DNA of 64,000 nucleotides, from positions 6 through 64,005 of the forward strand of contig JAGPCK010000011.1 in NCBI GenBank assembly GCA_018058135.1, given 5' to 3'. A program made the translations under genes and the position numbers. This document shows, in pieces, positions 35,712 through 45,529 of the stretch; the first letter of the stretch is position 1, and the number at the start of each line of letters is the position of its first letter. The stretch comes from Bacteroidia bacterium. Its GTDB lineage: Bacteria > Bacteroidota > Bacteroidia > UKL13-3. Below the pieces are notes generated by a model. It ran no database searches. It was not told the origin of the DNA and worked only from the letters and a program-made list of their open reading frames with translations.

Positions 35712-38700
35712 ATGAATATTACAGAAATATCAATCAAACGCCCTTCGCTGATAATAGTTCTCTTCAGCGTATTCACTTTATTAGGTTTTATAGGGTATAA
35801 AAATTTGAGTTACGAATTAATGCCCGACTTTAATCAGCCGGTAGTTGTAATTAAAACTGTTTATCCGGGTGCTGAACCCAATGAAGTAGAAACATCGGTT
35901 TCACGAAAAATAGAAGATGCCTTATCCAACTTGGAAGGTGTAGATTACTTGGTAACAAAATCATTACCCAACGCATCTATCATCATAGCCAATCTGAAAT
36001 ACGGAACTGATTTGGATAAAGCAATGCAAGACGCTCAACGCTATATTGACAATATACGAAAAGATTTACCGCAAGATATTTTAAGTCCTGTGATGAGTAA
36101 AGTTTCGCCAAATGATTTGCCTATAATGTCAATCAGCGCAACAAGTAATTTGTCGGCCACCGAATTTTATCAAAAAATGAAAGATGATTATCTGCCACAA
36201 ATTCAACAAATAAAAGGCGTTGCAGAGATTACTATTTTAGGAGGAGAAGAAAGAGAAATACAAGTAAAAATAAATCAGAACAAACTGAAACATTACAAAA
36301 TTTCAATGGTTCAGGTTGTCGAAGCAATTAATCGTTCGGGCTTAGATTTACCTGCCGGAAGAGTGCAAACCGAAAAAGAAAACAATTCAGTTCGTTTAAC
36401 GGGAAAATTCACATCATTAGACAACATTAAAAATGTTCAAGTGGCGATGCCTGTTTTAGGAAGTCCGGTTTATGTAAAAGATGTAGCAGATGTTATTGAT
36501 GGTATAAAAGAAACAACTTCGATAAGTCGTTACAATGGCAAAAACGGAATTGGCTTAATGTTGAAAAAACAAGGTGATGCAAACGCTGTTGATGTTTCAA
36601 AATTAGTTCGCGAAAAATTCAAATCCATTGAGCAACAAAATATAGGTTCAGGTGTGAAATTTATTATTGCAGACGACAGCACCGACAACACTATTGCAGC
36701 AGTTAATTCCGTTATTTTTGATTTAATATTAGCCGTAATATTGGTTTCAATCGTGATGCTTTTATTCCTAAGAAGTTTCAGAAACTCATTGATTGTAATA
36801 GTTGCCATACCTACTTCTTTAGTTACAGCATTTGCCGTTATGTGGTTCTTAGGTTATACGCTCAATTTAATGACCTTACTCGCAATGTCTTTAATCATCG
36901 GCATTTTGGTGGATGACGCGGTGGTAGTATTAGAAAATATTCAAAAACATTTAGATATAGGAAAAGATAAACGCACAGCTGCAATGGATGGACGAATGGA
37001 AATAGGGTTTGCGGCATTATCTATCACATTGGTTGACGTAGTGGTATTTTTACCAATTCTTTTTTTACAAGTGTTTGTTGCCGATATGCTCAAACAGTTT
37101 TCAGTTGTTGTAGTAACTTCTACTCTTACAAGTTTATTAGTTGGATTTACGCTTACACCATGGCTGGCTTCACGTATTGGGAAAAAAGAAGATTTAAAAC
37201 CAACTACTTTTTTCAATCGCTTTTTGCTTTGGTTTGAGCATCAATTAGAAATATTTACCAATTGGTATGGCAAACAATTAGAATGGGTTTTGAGCCACAA
37301 ACTAATTTTTACAGGTATTGTTCTTTTACTTTTCGTTATGACTTTAGGCATTATGAAACAAGGTATTATTGGTAAAGAACTAATATCAACCGGTGATCAG
37401 GGAAAATTCAGAATGGCTTTAGAGTTTGATAAATCAACTTCCATTCATCAAAATAATTTAATTGCTCAAAAAATTGAAACATACATCATCCAACAACCTG
37501 AAGTTGCAACAGTTTTCAGCAACATTGGCGGACCAAGCACAGGCATTGGAAGTTTGGGTGTAGGTTCAGCAAATAAAACGGAATTTACCATTCAATTAAA
37601 GTCAAAAAAAGAACTCAAAAATGTGCCGACAGAAACATTTATGAAAAAACTCCGAGAGGAATTAAAAACCAAATTTCCGAGTATCAATTATTCAATGGCA
37701 GCACTGGGTTTAATACCTCGTTCTGCACCTATTGAAATTACATTAAGCGGAAGCAATTTGGATTTGGTAATGAAAACAGGAAATGATTTAAAAGCAATTA
37801 TTGAAAAAATTCCCGGTGCGGATAATGTTCGCTTATCCGTTGAAGCAGGTAGTCCCGAATACAAAATTATTCCCGACAAAGATAAAATGCAGCGACTGGG
37901 TTTAACAACTGCTTACGTTGGATTGAACCTTAGAACAGCGTTTACAGGAAATGATGATGCAACGCTTACAGAGAACGGAATAGAATATTCTGTTCGAATT
38001 TGGCTAGATGAATTTAGCAGACGAAATTTTGAAGATGTGCAACGCCTTTCGTTAATTAATCCAATGGGACTACCAGTAGAAGTTTCGCAATTTGCAATAG
38101 TTGAACAAGACAATTCCCCTTCCTTATTAGAACGAAAAGACCGACAACCAGCAGTTACACTTACTGCTGACGCTTTGGGTAGACCTTCAGGAACTGTAGC
38201 AGATGATGTAGTAGCTTATCTAAAAAAGAATCCATTACCTAAAGGAATACAAATGACTTGGGGTAGCGACATCAAAAGACAGAATGATAGTTTTGGAGCA
38301 TTAGGTTCAGTATTGCTGATTTCGTTTTTACTAATTTACTTGATTATGGTAGCACTCTATGACAATTTTGTTTATCCATTTGTAGTTTTATTTTCTATTC
38401 CAGTAGCAGCAATTGGGGCGTTTTTTGCATTGAATTTGTCGTTAAGTAATTTGAGTTTGTTCGCCTTACTTGGTTTAATTATGCTAATGGGGTTAGTGGT
38501 GAAAAACGCTATTCTAATAGTGGATTTTACTAATCAATTAAAAGCTGAAGGCAAACACTTCAAAGAAGCTTTAATCATTGCAGGAAAAGGTCGTATGCGA
38601 CCAATTCTAATGACAACGCTTTCAATGGTTGTTGGTATGCTTCCAATTGCAATGGCAACAGGAACAGCGGCAGAATGGAAAAATGGCCTTGCTTGGGTAA

Positions 38701-38807
38701 TCATTGGTGGACTTCTTTCCTCATTAATTTTGACCGTGTTTTTAGTTCCGATGATCTATTATTTAGTTGATACAGCTAAAGAAAAAATATATCATAAAAA
38801 TGATTGA
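35712..38807 (+). CDS. RND efflux permease (AcrB/AcrD/AcrF family)
   Basis: 1031 aa; GILVDDAVVVLENI, VKNAILIVDF and RPILMTT motifs. Confidence 0.95.
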   Translation: MNITEISIKRPSLIIVLFSVFTLLGFIGYKNLSYELMPDFNQPVVVIKTVYPGAEPNEVETSVSRKIEDALSNLEGVDYLVTKSLPNASIIIANLKYGTDLDKAMQDAQRYIDNIRKDLPQDILSPVMSKVSPNDLPIMSISATSNLSATEFYQKMKDDYLPQIQQIKGVAEITILGGEEREIQVKINQNKLKHYKISMVQVVEAINRSGLDLPAGRVQTEKENNSVRLTGKFTSLDNIKNVQVAMPVLGSPVYVKDVADVIDGIKETTSISRYNGKNGIGLMLKKQGDANAVDVSKLVREKFKSIEQQNIGSGVKFIIADDSTDNTIAAVNSVIFDLILAVILVSIVMLLFLRSFRNSLIVIVAIPTSLVTAFAVMWFLGYTLNLMTLLAMSLIIGILVDDAVVVLENIQKHLDIGKDKRTAAMDGRMEIGFAALSITLVDVVVFLPILFLQVFVADMLKQFSVVVVTSTLTSLLVGFTLTPWLASRIGKKEDLKPTTFFNRFLLWFEHQLEIFTNWYGKQLEWVLSHKLIFTGIVLLLFVMTLGIMKQGIIGKELISTGDQGKFRMALEFDKSTSIHQNNLIAQKIETYIIQQPEVATVFSNIGGPSTGIGSLGVGSANKTEFTIQLKSKKELKNVPTETFMKKLREELKTKFPSINYSMAALGLIPRSAPIEITLSGSNLDLVMKTGNDLKAIIEKIPGADNVRLSVEAGSPEYKIIPDKDKMQRLGLTTAYVGLNLRTAFTGNDDATLTENGIEYSVRIWLDEFSRRNFEDVQRLSLINPMGLPVEVSQFAIVEQDNSPSLLERKDRQPAVTLTADALGRPSGTVADDVVAYLKKNPLPKGIQMTWGSDIKRQNDSFGALGSVLLISFLLIYLIMVALYDNFVYPFVVLFSIPVAAIGAFFALNLSLSNLSLFALLGLIMLMGLVVKNAILIVDFTNQLKAEGKHFKEALIIAGKGRMRPILMTTLSMVVGMLPIAMATGTAAEWKNGLAWVIIGGLLSSLILTVFLVPMIYYLVDTAKEKIYHKND

Positions 38808-38836
38808 AATGAAAATAGCAATCACAGCACCAGAGA

Positions 38837-38928
38837 GAGGATATTCATCTTCCCTTCTTCCATGTATCTTTCCCGGAAGCAAATTTTTTTGCGCAAAATA
38901 TTTATCCTGCTAAGGCAAACTAAAACTA
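38837..38928. repeat. Modular dispersed repeat, copy 1 (modules A+B)
   Basis: GAGGATATTCATC...GAAGCAAATTTTT-TTGCGCAAAATATTTATCCTGCTAAGGCAAACTAAAACTA; similar sequence at 50759 and 51727. Confidence 0.8.
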
Positions 38929-39187
38929 GGAAGTCTTGAGGCAGGCCAATAAAGGTTAGCTATATCACCAACCGTTTGCCTGAATAAATGCACCATAGGA
39001 GAGCATTCGAGAGGGCAAAGCGGAGGAGGCTTTCTGGATAAATGAAGCAGGTTGAAAATTGTTTGCTGACAATTTCATATTTTTGTTTGGAGATGAAAAA
39101 AATGCAGCAGAAAGAATCAATACTGGGAGATATCTTTTTGTAGCTATTCCTTGTCTCCCGTTCCGTAAATATTTTACTCTGAAAAAG

Positions 39188-42100
39188 ATGAAAAAACATT
39201 ATTTGTTTTGCTTAGTATTAACATGTGTGGTTGGGTTTTCCTTTGCACAAAAAAGTAACTACATTAGCAATGTTCCTGGTGCTAATGGTCCCGTGAATGC
39301 AATTACTTCACATGGCGATACCGTATTTGTAGGAGGAGATTTTACAACACTTTTTTCAAGGCTCGATTCTGTTAACAGGGCTAAATACAGCGCACTTATT
39401 GACTCCACTACAGGTTTAGCAAATGCTGCATACCCCAAACCCAATAGCACGGTGTATACCGCAATTCCTGACGGGCATAACGGATATTATATCGGTGGAG
39501 CTTTTACAAAAGTGGGCAATGCTTTCAGGAGTCGTGTTGCACACATTGATTCAACCGGAAATGTAACAGGGAAGTTTAGTAAGGCAGGCATTATAGGGGG
39601 GGCGGTAAGGTCACTGGCACTTAAAGGCGACACCTTGTTTGTGGGAGGCTATTTTACTGGTGCGGGTAAAGTGGTGAACGGGGCAGCTTTTGCAGTAGAT
39701 GCTGCTTATGCTACATATCCGTTGCCTGAGATTGATCGGGGGACGGTGTATTGTGCGTTAAGTGACGATAAAGGTGGATGGTATATAGGCGGCACTTTTT
39801 CAATGGTGGGTGATTCCAGTCGTTGGGGTCTTGCACATATTGACTCAGCAGGCAATGTGACCGCATGGGATCCACATGTGTTTGGACCGGTATATACCAT
39901 TTACAAACAAGGGGATGTTATATATTTGGGAGGTTCTTTTACACAAGTAGGTGGTTTTCCCAGAAACAATCTGGCAGCGGTTTCTGCAACTAGCGGTGAT
40001 ATTCTTAATTGGGTAAACAATTGCAATGGTACCGTGAATGCAATTTCAGGCGACAACTCACAGTTGATTATAGCAGGGGGGTTTAGCACAATAGGAGGGC
40101 TTGCAAGGCAAAGGCTTGCCGCTATTGACATGAGCGGAAGTATAACCGGGCTTATGTTTTCCATGAATGGTTCGGTATTATGCACTAAAGTAAAAAACGG
40201 AATCCTTTACCTGGGTGGAAGCTTTACCAATATCGGTGGTCAGTCAAGAAGCCGGCTTGCCGCCATCAACCTGTCTTCCGGAACCATAACCGGATGGAAC
40301 CCTTCTGCCAATGACATAGTGAGAGCAATTGATTGTGTCGATACCATTCTTTATGTAGGAGGAGATTTTACCACAGTAAGTAATGAGTCAAGAGGCCGAC
40401 TGTGCGCAATCAGTATGTTAAACGCATCGGTTACGAGCTGGAACCCCGGAGCTGATGCGCCCGTATATGCGCTGAGCGTGATGGACAGTATGGTATATGC
40501 AGGCGGAGATTTTACCATCATTGGTGGTCAAAGTATACAAAGCGCGGTAGCTATCAACCTCACTACAGGCATAGTGTCTTCCTTTAATCCCAGATTGATT
40601 TATACCACCTATGCACTTGCATCATCGGGCAGTCGAATGCTGATTGGAGGTGCGTTTTACTCCGGTGGAGGGCAAGCACGAGGAGGATTGGTAGCACTAA
40701 GTATCTCCGGTGACAGCTTGCTCACTTGGAATTCAGGTATAGCTAAACAACACACTGTGCATGCTTTATGCATTACAGATTCAATTCTTTTAATCGGAGG
40801 TGCATTTCATGTCAATTCAAGAACAAACCTGGCAGCAATACAAAAAAATACACTTGCTAGTTTGCCTTGGGGTCCTGTGCCCAATGGTCCAGTTTATGCC
40901 TTGGCGGCCCGTAACGACAGTATTTTTGTGGGAGGCGCTTTTAGTTTAATTAGCTCATCAGGCTTGACTGGGTTGGCTTGTTTTAAATGGCCGAGTTCTT
41001 CAGCGAGCAGCTGGAATGCCAATATCACTGATGGAAGGGTGCATGCTTTATGTCTTACAGCCGATAAAATTTATATAGGTGGAGATATTGCCACCATCAA
41101 TTCGCAAACGAGAAACAACCTGGGTGCAATTAATCTTTCTTCAGCTTCACTGAGTAGTTGGAATCCAGATGCCAATGGAGTTGTGAATGCACTTAGTGTT
41201 TATGGAGGGGCTGTGTATGCAGGCGGAAATTTTACTAAAATAGGCGGGCAGTTGAGAAACCGTATAGCTAAAATTGATCTTTCAACTGCTGCAATTTCTT
41301 CCTGGGACGCAGTGGCCAGTCACACCATAAACGTTATACATGCCGGTAACAATGGAGTATATGCGGGTGGAGATTTTGCTTCTATGGGTGGTAAGAACAG
41401 GTATTACATCGCTGCATTTTCTGAATCAACGGGAAATATTCTCGATTGGGCACCACAGGCCAATGACCAAGTACATTGTTTTAAATATACCGGAGCCACG
41501 TTGTATGCCGGAGGGAATTTTACTACTATGAGCGGCCAAACCCGCAACAGAGTTGCTTCGTTTAATGTAACCACAGGAGCAATGAAAAGTTTTAATCCCG
41601 GTGCCGATGCAGTGGTTCGTACTATTGATGTGTGGGACAATAAGGTATACATGGGCGGGGATTTCAATAATGCAGGTGGACAAGGCCGTACAAGACTAGT
41701 GGAGGTTGATTCTGCCACGGGAAATGCTACTGCTCTCAATATTTCGTTTAACGGAACAGTTTATGCCCTTGCAGCTTCGGCCAATATGCTTTTTGCAGGA
41801 GGTAATTTTACTTTTGTTGCAGGTCAAACAAGAAGTTTTTTTGTGGCCATAGATCGGGGCAATTCTTCACTATCATCTTCTTTTGCTAATATATTGAATG
41901 GTCAAGTTAGATCAATGTTCGTTAAAGATAGTGTACTCTTTTTAGGTGGAATGTTTTCCAATATTAATGGTCCGGTGAGAATAGGTGTTGGTGCGGTACA
42001 TATGACCACAGGTGCTTTAACTGCATGGAATCCCAATTCTACTTTAGGGAGTAATCCCGGTACGTGGGCTGTTACATCAATAACTCCTTATGCCGATAGG

Positions 42101-45100
42101 CTGTTTTATAGTAACCTTACTTCAGTTTACCCATATTCCATTTCAGAAGTTGATTTTTTTACCGGATATCATTTTCCCTGGATTGCCAAAACAGTTTCCT
42201 CCAAGGATATTTATGCATTACATGCCAACAAGAAGGTGTTGTATGCCGGAGGAGCTTTTGTTAATATTACGGGAGTTAATGTTTCCAGGTCAGATCCGGC
42301 TTATTTTATTGGTCACGATATTGATACCAACCTGAGGATTGTCGGAAGCGTGGTGCAGAGTATTTGCCAGAATCATGAACTTTCTGTACCTTTTTTTAAA
42401 AATAGCAATACTACAAATACATTTGTTATTCAATTAAGCGATTCCTCTGGAAGTTTTGCCAATCCTTTGAACATAGGCAGCACCACTGGAGCACGTTACG
42501 GATTTATTACCGGACGCGTTCCGAGAAACATTCCGGCAGGTGTCAATTACCGTATTCGTTTAGCGGGTTTAAATCCTGCAATCTACTCTGCCCCGTCTCC
42601 AAACAACATTATTATTAAAGTTAATGCTTACACAGGGTTCAGTATTTCCGATACAGATCAGTGTTTGAGCGGTAATGTTTTTTCATTGAATGATACCTCA
42701 GTACTTGCCTCAGGATACAGCATGTTAAGGCTGTGGAGATTTGGTGATGGTACTGAAGGATTAATAAAGACTCCTGCAAAAGTATATGCAACCAACGATA
42801 CATTTACGGTGATATTGTCGCAATTGGTTAATAACGGTTGCAGAGATTCTTTTTCAAGGCAAGTGGTGGTTTTCCCTGAACCCGTTCCGGGTTACACCAT
42901 CAATGATTCAACGCAATGTTTCAGGGATAATAATTTTGTTTTTGCTGATACATCCCGTATTGCATCAGGAAACATTGCATCACGTACTTGGAATTTTGGT
43001 GCAGGAACAAATGATACATCGGACGCAATAAGTTATAATAAAAACTATACCGCTGATGGGAACTTTATGGTTAAACTAAAGGTTACAAGCAACAAAGGTT
43101 GTATTGATTCGATTATAAAACCGGTAACTGTATATCTTCATCCTCGTGCAGGGTTTATTGTAAGTAGTGTATCCAACTGTAGTGGTGATAGCTTTTTTCT
43201 AAGCGACACCTCACAAATTTCATCAGGAACATTAAGTCGTACATGGAATTTTGGTGCCGGGCCCAATGATACGTTAAGCTTGAGCAGTGTATCCAAGTCA
43301 TATACTGTTGCGGGTTTATACACCGTTCAGTTGGTTGCAAAAAGCAATTTCGATTGTACAGATACAGCCACTACAACTTTGGTTGTAAATCCGGTACCGG
43401 TCGCCAGAATGGTAGTGAATAACCCTGCTCAATGTTACAGCGGAAATACATTTTTGTTTACAGACTCATCAGCCATTACATACGGCAATCTCACTGTGCT
43501 GTGGAATTTTGGTGAGGGCATCAACGATACCTCTTCACAAAGTATTTTCTCGAAAAATTATTCAACCCCCGGAATTTATATTGCCAAGCTGGTGGTGAGA
43601 AGCGGTGCCAATTGCGTTGATTCAGCTATAACAAATGTTACAGTTCATCCATCGCCTCTGGCAAGTTTTTTTGTGAATGACACTACCCAGTGTTTAAATA
43701 CAAATAGTTTTGCTTTTACTGATTCCTCCTCAATTTCATCCGGCAATCTGATGCGGGTATGGAACTTTGGCTCAGGAAGCGGTGATACTTCTTTGCTGAG
43801 TAATCCTGTAAAATCATATACACTGCCGGGAGCATATCTCATCCGTCTCATTTCAATATCCGACTCCGGCTGTACTGACACTGTGTTGAAAGGTGTAGTG
43901 GTTTATCATGCCCCGAATGCAGGTTTCAGAATAACTACGTCCTCAGCACAATGTTGGAGTACAAACAGTTTCACAGTTCAGGATACTTCAGTTATTGTAC
44001 AGGGTACACTAAACACGAAATGGAATTTTGGCTCCTCTGTTAGCGATACTTCTTCACAAACTCAGGCACAAAAAACGTATACTGTTCATGGCAATTACCC
44101 GATTACACTTATTGCTGAAAGCAATTTAGGATGCAAGGATACCGCAGTGAAAATGGTTGAGGTTTATCCGCAGGCCAATATTCAGTTTACGGTTAATGAT
44201 TCTCAGCAGTGTTTAAAGGGGAATAAATTTGTTTTTTCAAATCAGAGTTCTGTAGCATCAGGCACTTTTAGTTCGTATTGGACATTCGGAGATTCTGCTG
44301 CTTCAAGTTCACCTAATGTACAACATAGTTATAACAATACAGGTTCTTACAATGTATGGCTCAGAACTATCACCAATAATGGTTGTGTAGATTCGCTGTA
44401 CAGGCAAGTAAGTCTGTTCGGTCATCCGGCTGCATCGTTTACCTGCGCTGATACGCAGCAATGTTTAAACGGAAATGTGTTTGCATTTACAAATACAAGT
44501 GTGTCATCGGTAAGTTACCTTTGGAACTTTGGTAATTCAGCTACCACAGTTCAGATGAGTCCTCAATATACCTACGCCAATTCAGGAGTATTTGATGTGC
44601 GTCTTATTTCATACGACAGCAATGGTTGCACCGATACAACGGGTCGCAAAATTTATGTAGAGGCACCTCCCGCACCTCCCCAACTTACTGTTACCCCTGA
44701 TTCGGTTGTATGTGCAGGCACAGTGGTTACACTTAGGTGCGCCTCTACCTTTAACAAAGAATGGTTCAAAGATAGTACCCCATTGAGTATATTCACCGAT
44801 TCGCTGGTTTTGCAAAGCAGTACGGGATATTATCATGTAGAGGTGAGAAATGCCGCGAATTGTGCAAGTGGGTCTGTGCCTATATACATTCTTTTTAAAT
44901 CAGTACCAGTGAAGCCAAATGTTACTGCATCGGGAAGTTTATTTACATCTAATGCACCATACGGCAACCAATGGTACAATACAGCCGGAATATTATCCGG
45001 TGATACCGGAGTTACTTACACAGCGAGTGCAGCAAACGTTTACTACTCAATAGTTACTGTTAACGGCTGCTCTTCCGATTCTTCCAACAACATTACGTAT

Positions 45101-45376
45101 CCTGCAACAGGGGTTGTGCGTCCTGAGCAAAGTATGCAGGTATTGGTTTATCCTAATCCAAACAACGGAGATTTTACGCTGGCGTGCAATAGTTGCCCTT
45201 CATCGGGTTCTTACAACATACTGCTAACGGATTATTGCGGAAAACAGTTACTCAGAGAAAGTGTTGCTGATCTGTCATCTGTTCGTATACGTAACAGCGG
45301 ACTGGCAGCAGGTTTATATTTGTTGAGTGTAACAGGCGCAGAGGGAACAGCACGAATTCCTGTTTTTATAAGGTAG
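39188..45376 (+). CDS. Giant T9SS-secreted repeat protein: about 21 GGxF/WxP repeats, 8 PKD-like domains, CTD
   Basis: Signal peptide from ATG 39188; repeated [YF]xGGxF and WxP motifs; eight WxFG motifs; CTD (YPNPNNG..GLYLL). Confidence 0.85.
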   Translation: MKKHYLFCLVLTCVVGFSFAQKSNYISNVPGANGPVNAITSHGDTVFVGGDFTTLFSRLDSVNRAKYSALIDSTTGLANAAYPKPNSTVYTAIPDGHNGYYIGGAFTKVGNAFRSRVAHIDSTGNVTGKFSKAGIIGGAVRSLALKGDTLFVGGYFTGAGKVVNGAAFAVDAAYATYPLPEIDRGTVYCALSDDKGGWYIGGTFSMVGDSSRWGLAHIDSAGNVTAWDPHVFGPVYTIYKQGDVIYLGGSFTQVGGFPRNNLAAVSATSGDILNWVNNCNGTVNAISGDNSQLIIAGGFSTIGGLARQRLAAIDMSGSITGLMFSMNGSVLCTKVKNGILYLGGSFTNIGGQSRSRLAAINLSSGTITGWNPSANDIVRAIDCVDTILYVGGDFTTVSNESRGRLCAISMLNASVTSWNPGADAPVYALSVMDSMVYAGGDFTIIGGQSIQSAVAINLTTGIVSSFNPRLIYTTYALASSGSRMLIGGAFYSGGGQARGGLVALSISGDSLLTWNSGIAKQHTVHALCITDSILLIGGAFHVNSRTNLAAIQKNTLASLPWGPVPNGPVYALAARNDSIFVGGAFSLISSSGLTGLACFKWPSSSASSWNANITDGRVHALCLTADKIYIGGDIATINSQTRNNLGAINLSSASLSSWNPDANGVVNALSVYGGAVYAGGNFTKIGGQLRNRIAKIDLSTAAISSWDAVASHTINVIHAGNNGVYAGGDFASMGGKNRYYIAAFSESTGNILDWAPQANDQVHCFKYTGATLYAGGNFTTMSGQTRNRVASFNVTTGAMKSFNPGADAVVRTIDVWDNKVYMGGDFNNAGGQGRTRLVEVDSATGNATALNISFNGTVYALAASANMLFAGGNFTFVAGQTRSFFVAIDRGNSSLSSSFANILNGQVRSMFVKDSVLFLGGMFSNINGPVRIGVGAVHMTTGALTAWNPNSTLGSNPGTWAVTSITPYADRLFYSNLTSVYPYSISEVDFFTGYHFPWIAKTVSSKDIYALHANKKVLYAGGAFVNITGVNVSRSDPAYFIGHDIDTNLRIVGSVVQSICQNHELSVPFFKNSNTTNTFVIQLSDSSGSFANPLNIGSTTGARYGFITGRVPRNIPAGVNYRIRLAGLNPAIYSAPSPNNIIIKVNAYTGFSISDTDQCLSGNVFSLNDTSVLASGYSMLRLWRFGDGTEGLIKTPAKVYATNDTFTVILSQLVNNGCRDSFSRQVVVFPEPVPGYTINDSTQCFRDNNFVFADTSRIASGNIASRTWNFGAGTNDTSDAISYNKNYTADGNFMVKLKVTSNKGCIDSIIKPVTVYLHPRAGFIVSSVSNCSGDSFFLSDTSQISSGTLSRTWNFGAGPNDTLSLSSVSKSYTVAGLYTVQLVAKSNFDCTDTATTTLVVNPVPVARMVVNNPAQCYSGNTFLFTDSSAITYGNLTVLWNFGEGINDTSSQSIFSKNYSTPGIYIAKLVVRSGANCVDSAITNVTVHPSPLASFFVNDTTQCLNTNSFAFTDSSSISSGNLMRVWNFGSGSGDTSLLSNPVKSYTLPGAYLIRLISISDSGCTDTVLKGVVVYHAPNAGFRITTSSAQCWSTNSFTVQDTSVIVQGTLNTKWNFGSSVSDTSSQTQAQKTYTVHGNYPITLIAESNLGCKDTAVKMVEVYPQANIQFTVNDSQQCLKGNKFVFSNQSSVASGTFSSYWTFGDSAASSSPNVQHSYNNTGSYNVWLRTITNNGCVDSLYRQVSLFGHPAASFTCADTQQCLNGNVFAFTNTSVSSVSYLWNFGNSATTVQMSPQYTYANSGVFDVRLISYDSNGCTDTTGRKIYVEAPPAPPQLTVTPDSVVCAGTVVTLRCASTFNKEWFKDSTPLSIFTDSLVLQSSTGYYHVEVRNAANCASGSVPIYILFKSVPVKPNVTASGSLFTSNAPYGNQWYNTAGILSGDTGVTYTASAANVYYSIVTVNGCSSDSSNNITYPATGVVRPEQSMQVLVYPNPNNGDFTLACNSCPSSGSYNILLTDYCGKQLLRESVADLSSVRIRNSGLAAGLYLLSVTGAEGTARIPVFIR
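44162..45376 (+). repeat. Direct repeat of 49433..50647 (3' ends of the two giant genes)
   Basis: Constant offset of 5271 bp; no differences seen by eye over 44162-45249, about a dozen in the last ~125 bp. Confidence 0.9.
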
Positions 45377-45529
45377 ACAAGGAATGCATATGTTACAACT
45401 CTGCATCAAAAGTGAGTTGGTGGGCGAGTTAGCTAGCATGGCTTCTTTAAAATTTTAAAATCTCTGTTCCTTTAAGTTTTCTTGTTCATTTTATATGTTA
45501 TATTGCCATATCAAAAGCAAAATTAAACC

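Larger units (their letters stand above)
30560..38830. mobile_element. AT-rich acquired segment (TetR/RND efflux island); boundaries approximate
   Basis: Abrupt composition change (spot counts: 29/60 GC at 29101-29160 vs 19/60 at 33001-33060). It carries a second copy of a neighbouring gene. No integrase or transposase seen. Confidence 0.55.

Noticed and set aside
39059-39187. 43-residue N-terminal extension of the first giant protein
   Set aside because: A typical signal peptide (MKKHYLF...) starts at ATG 39188; the extension is not signal-like.
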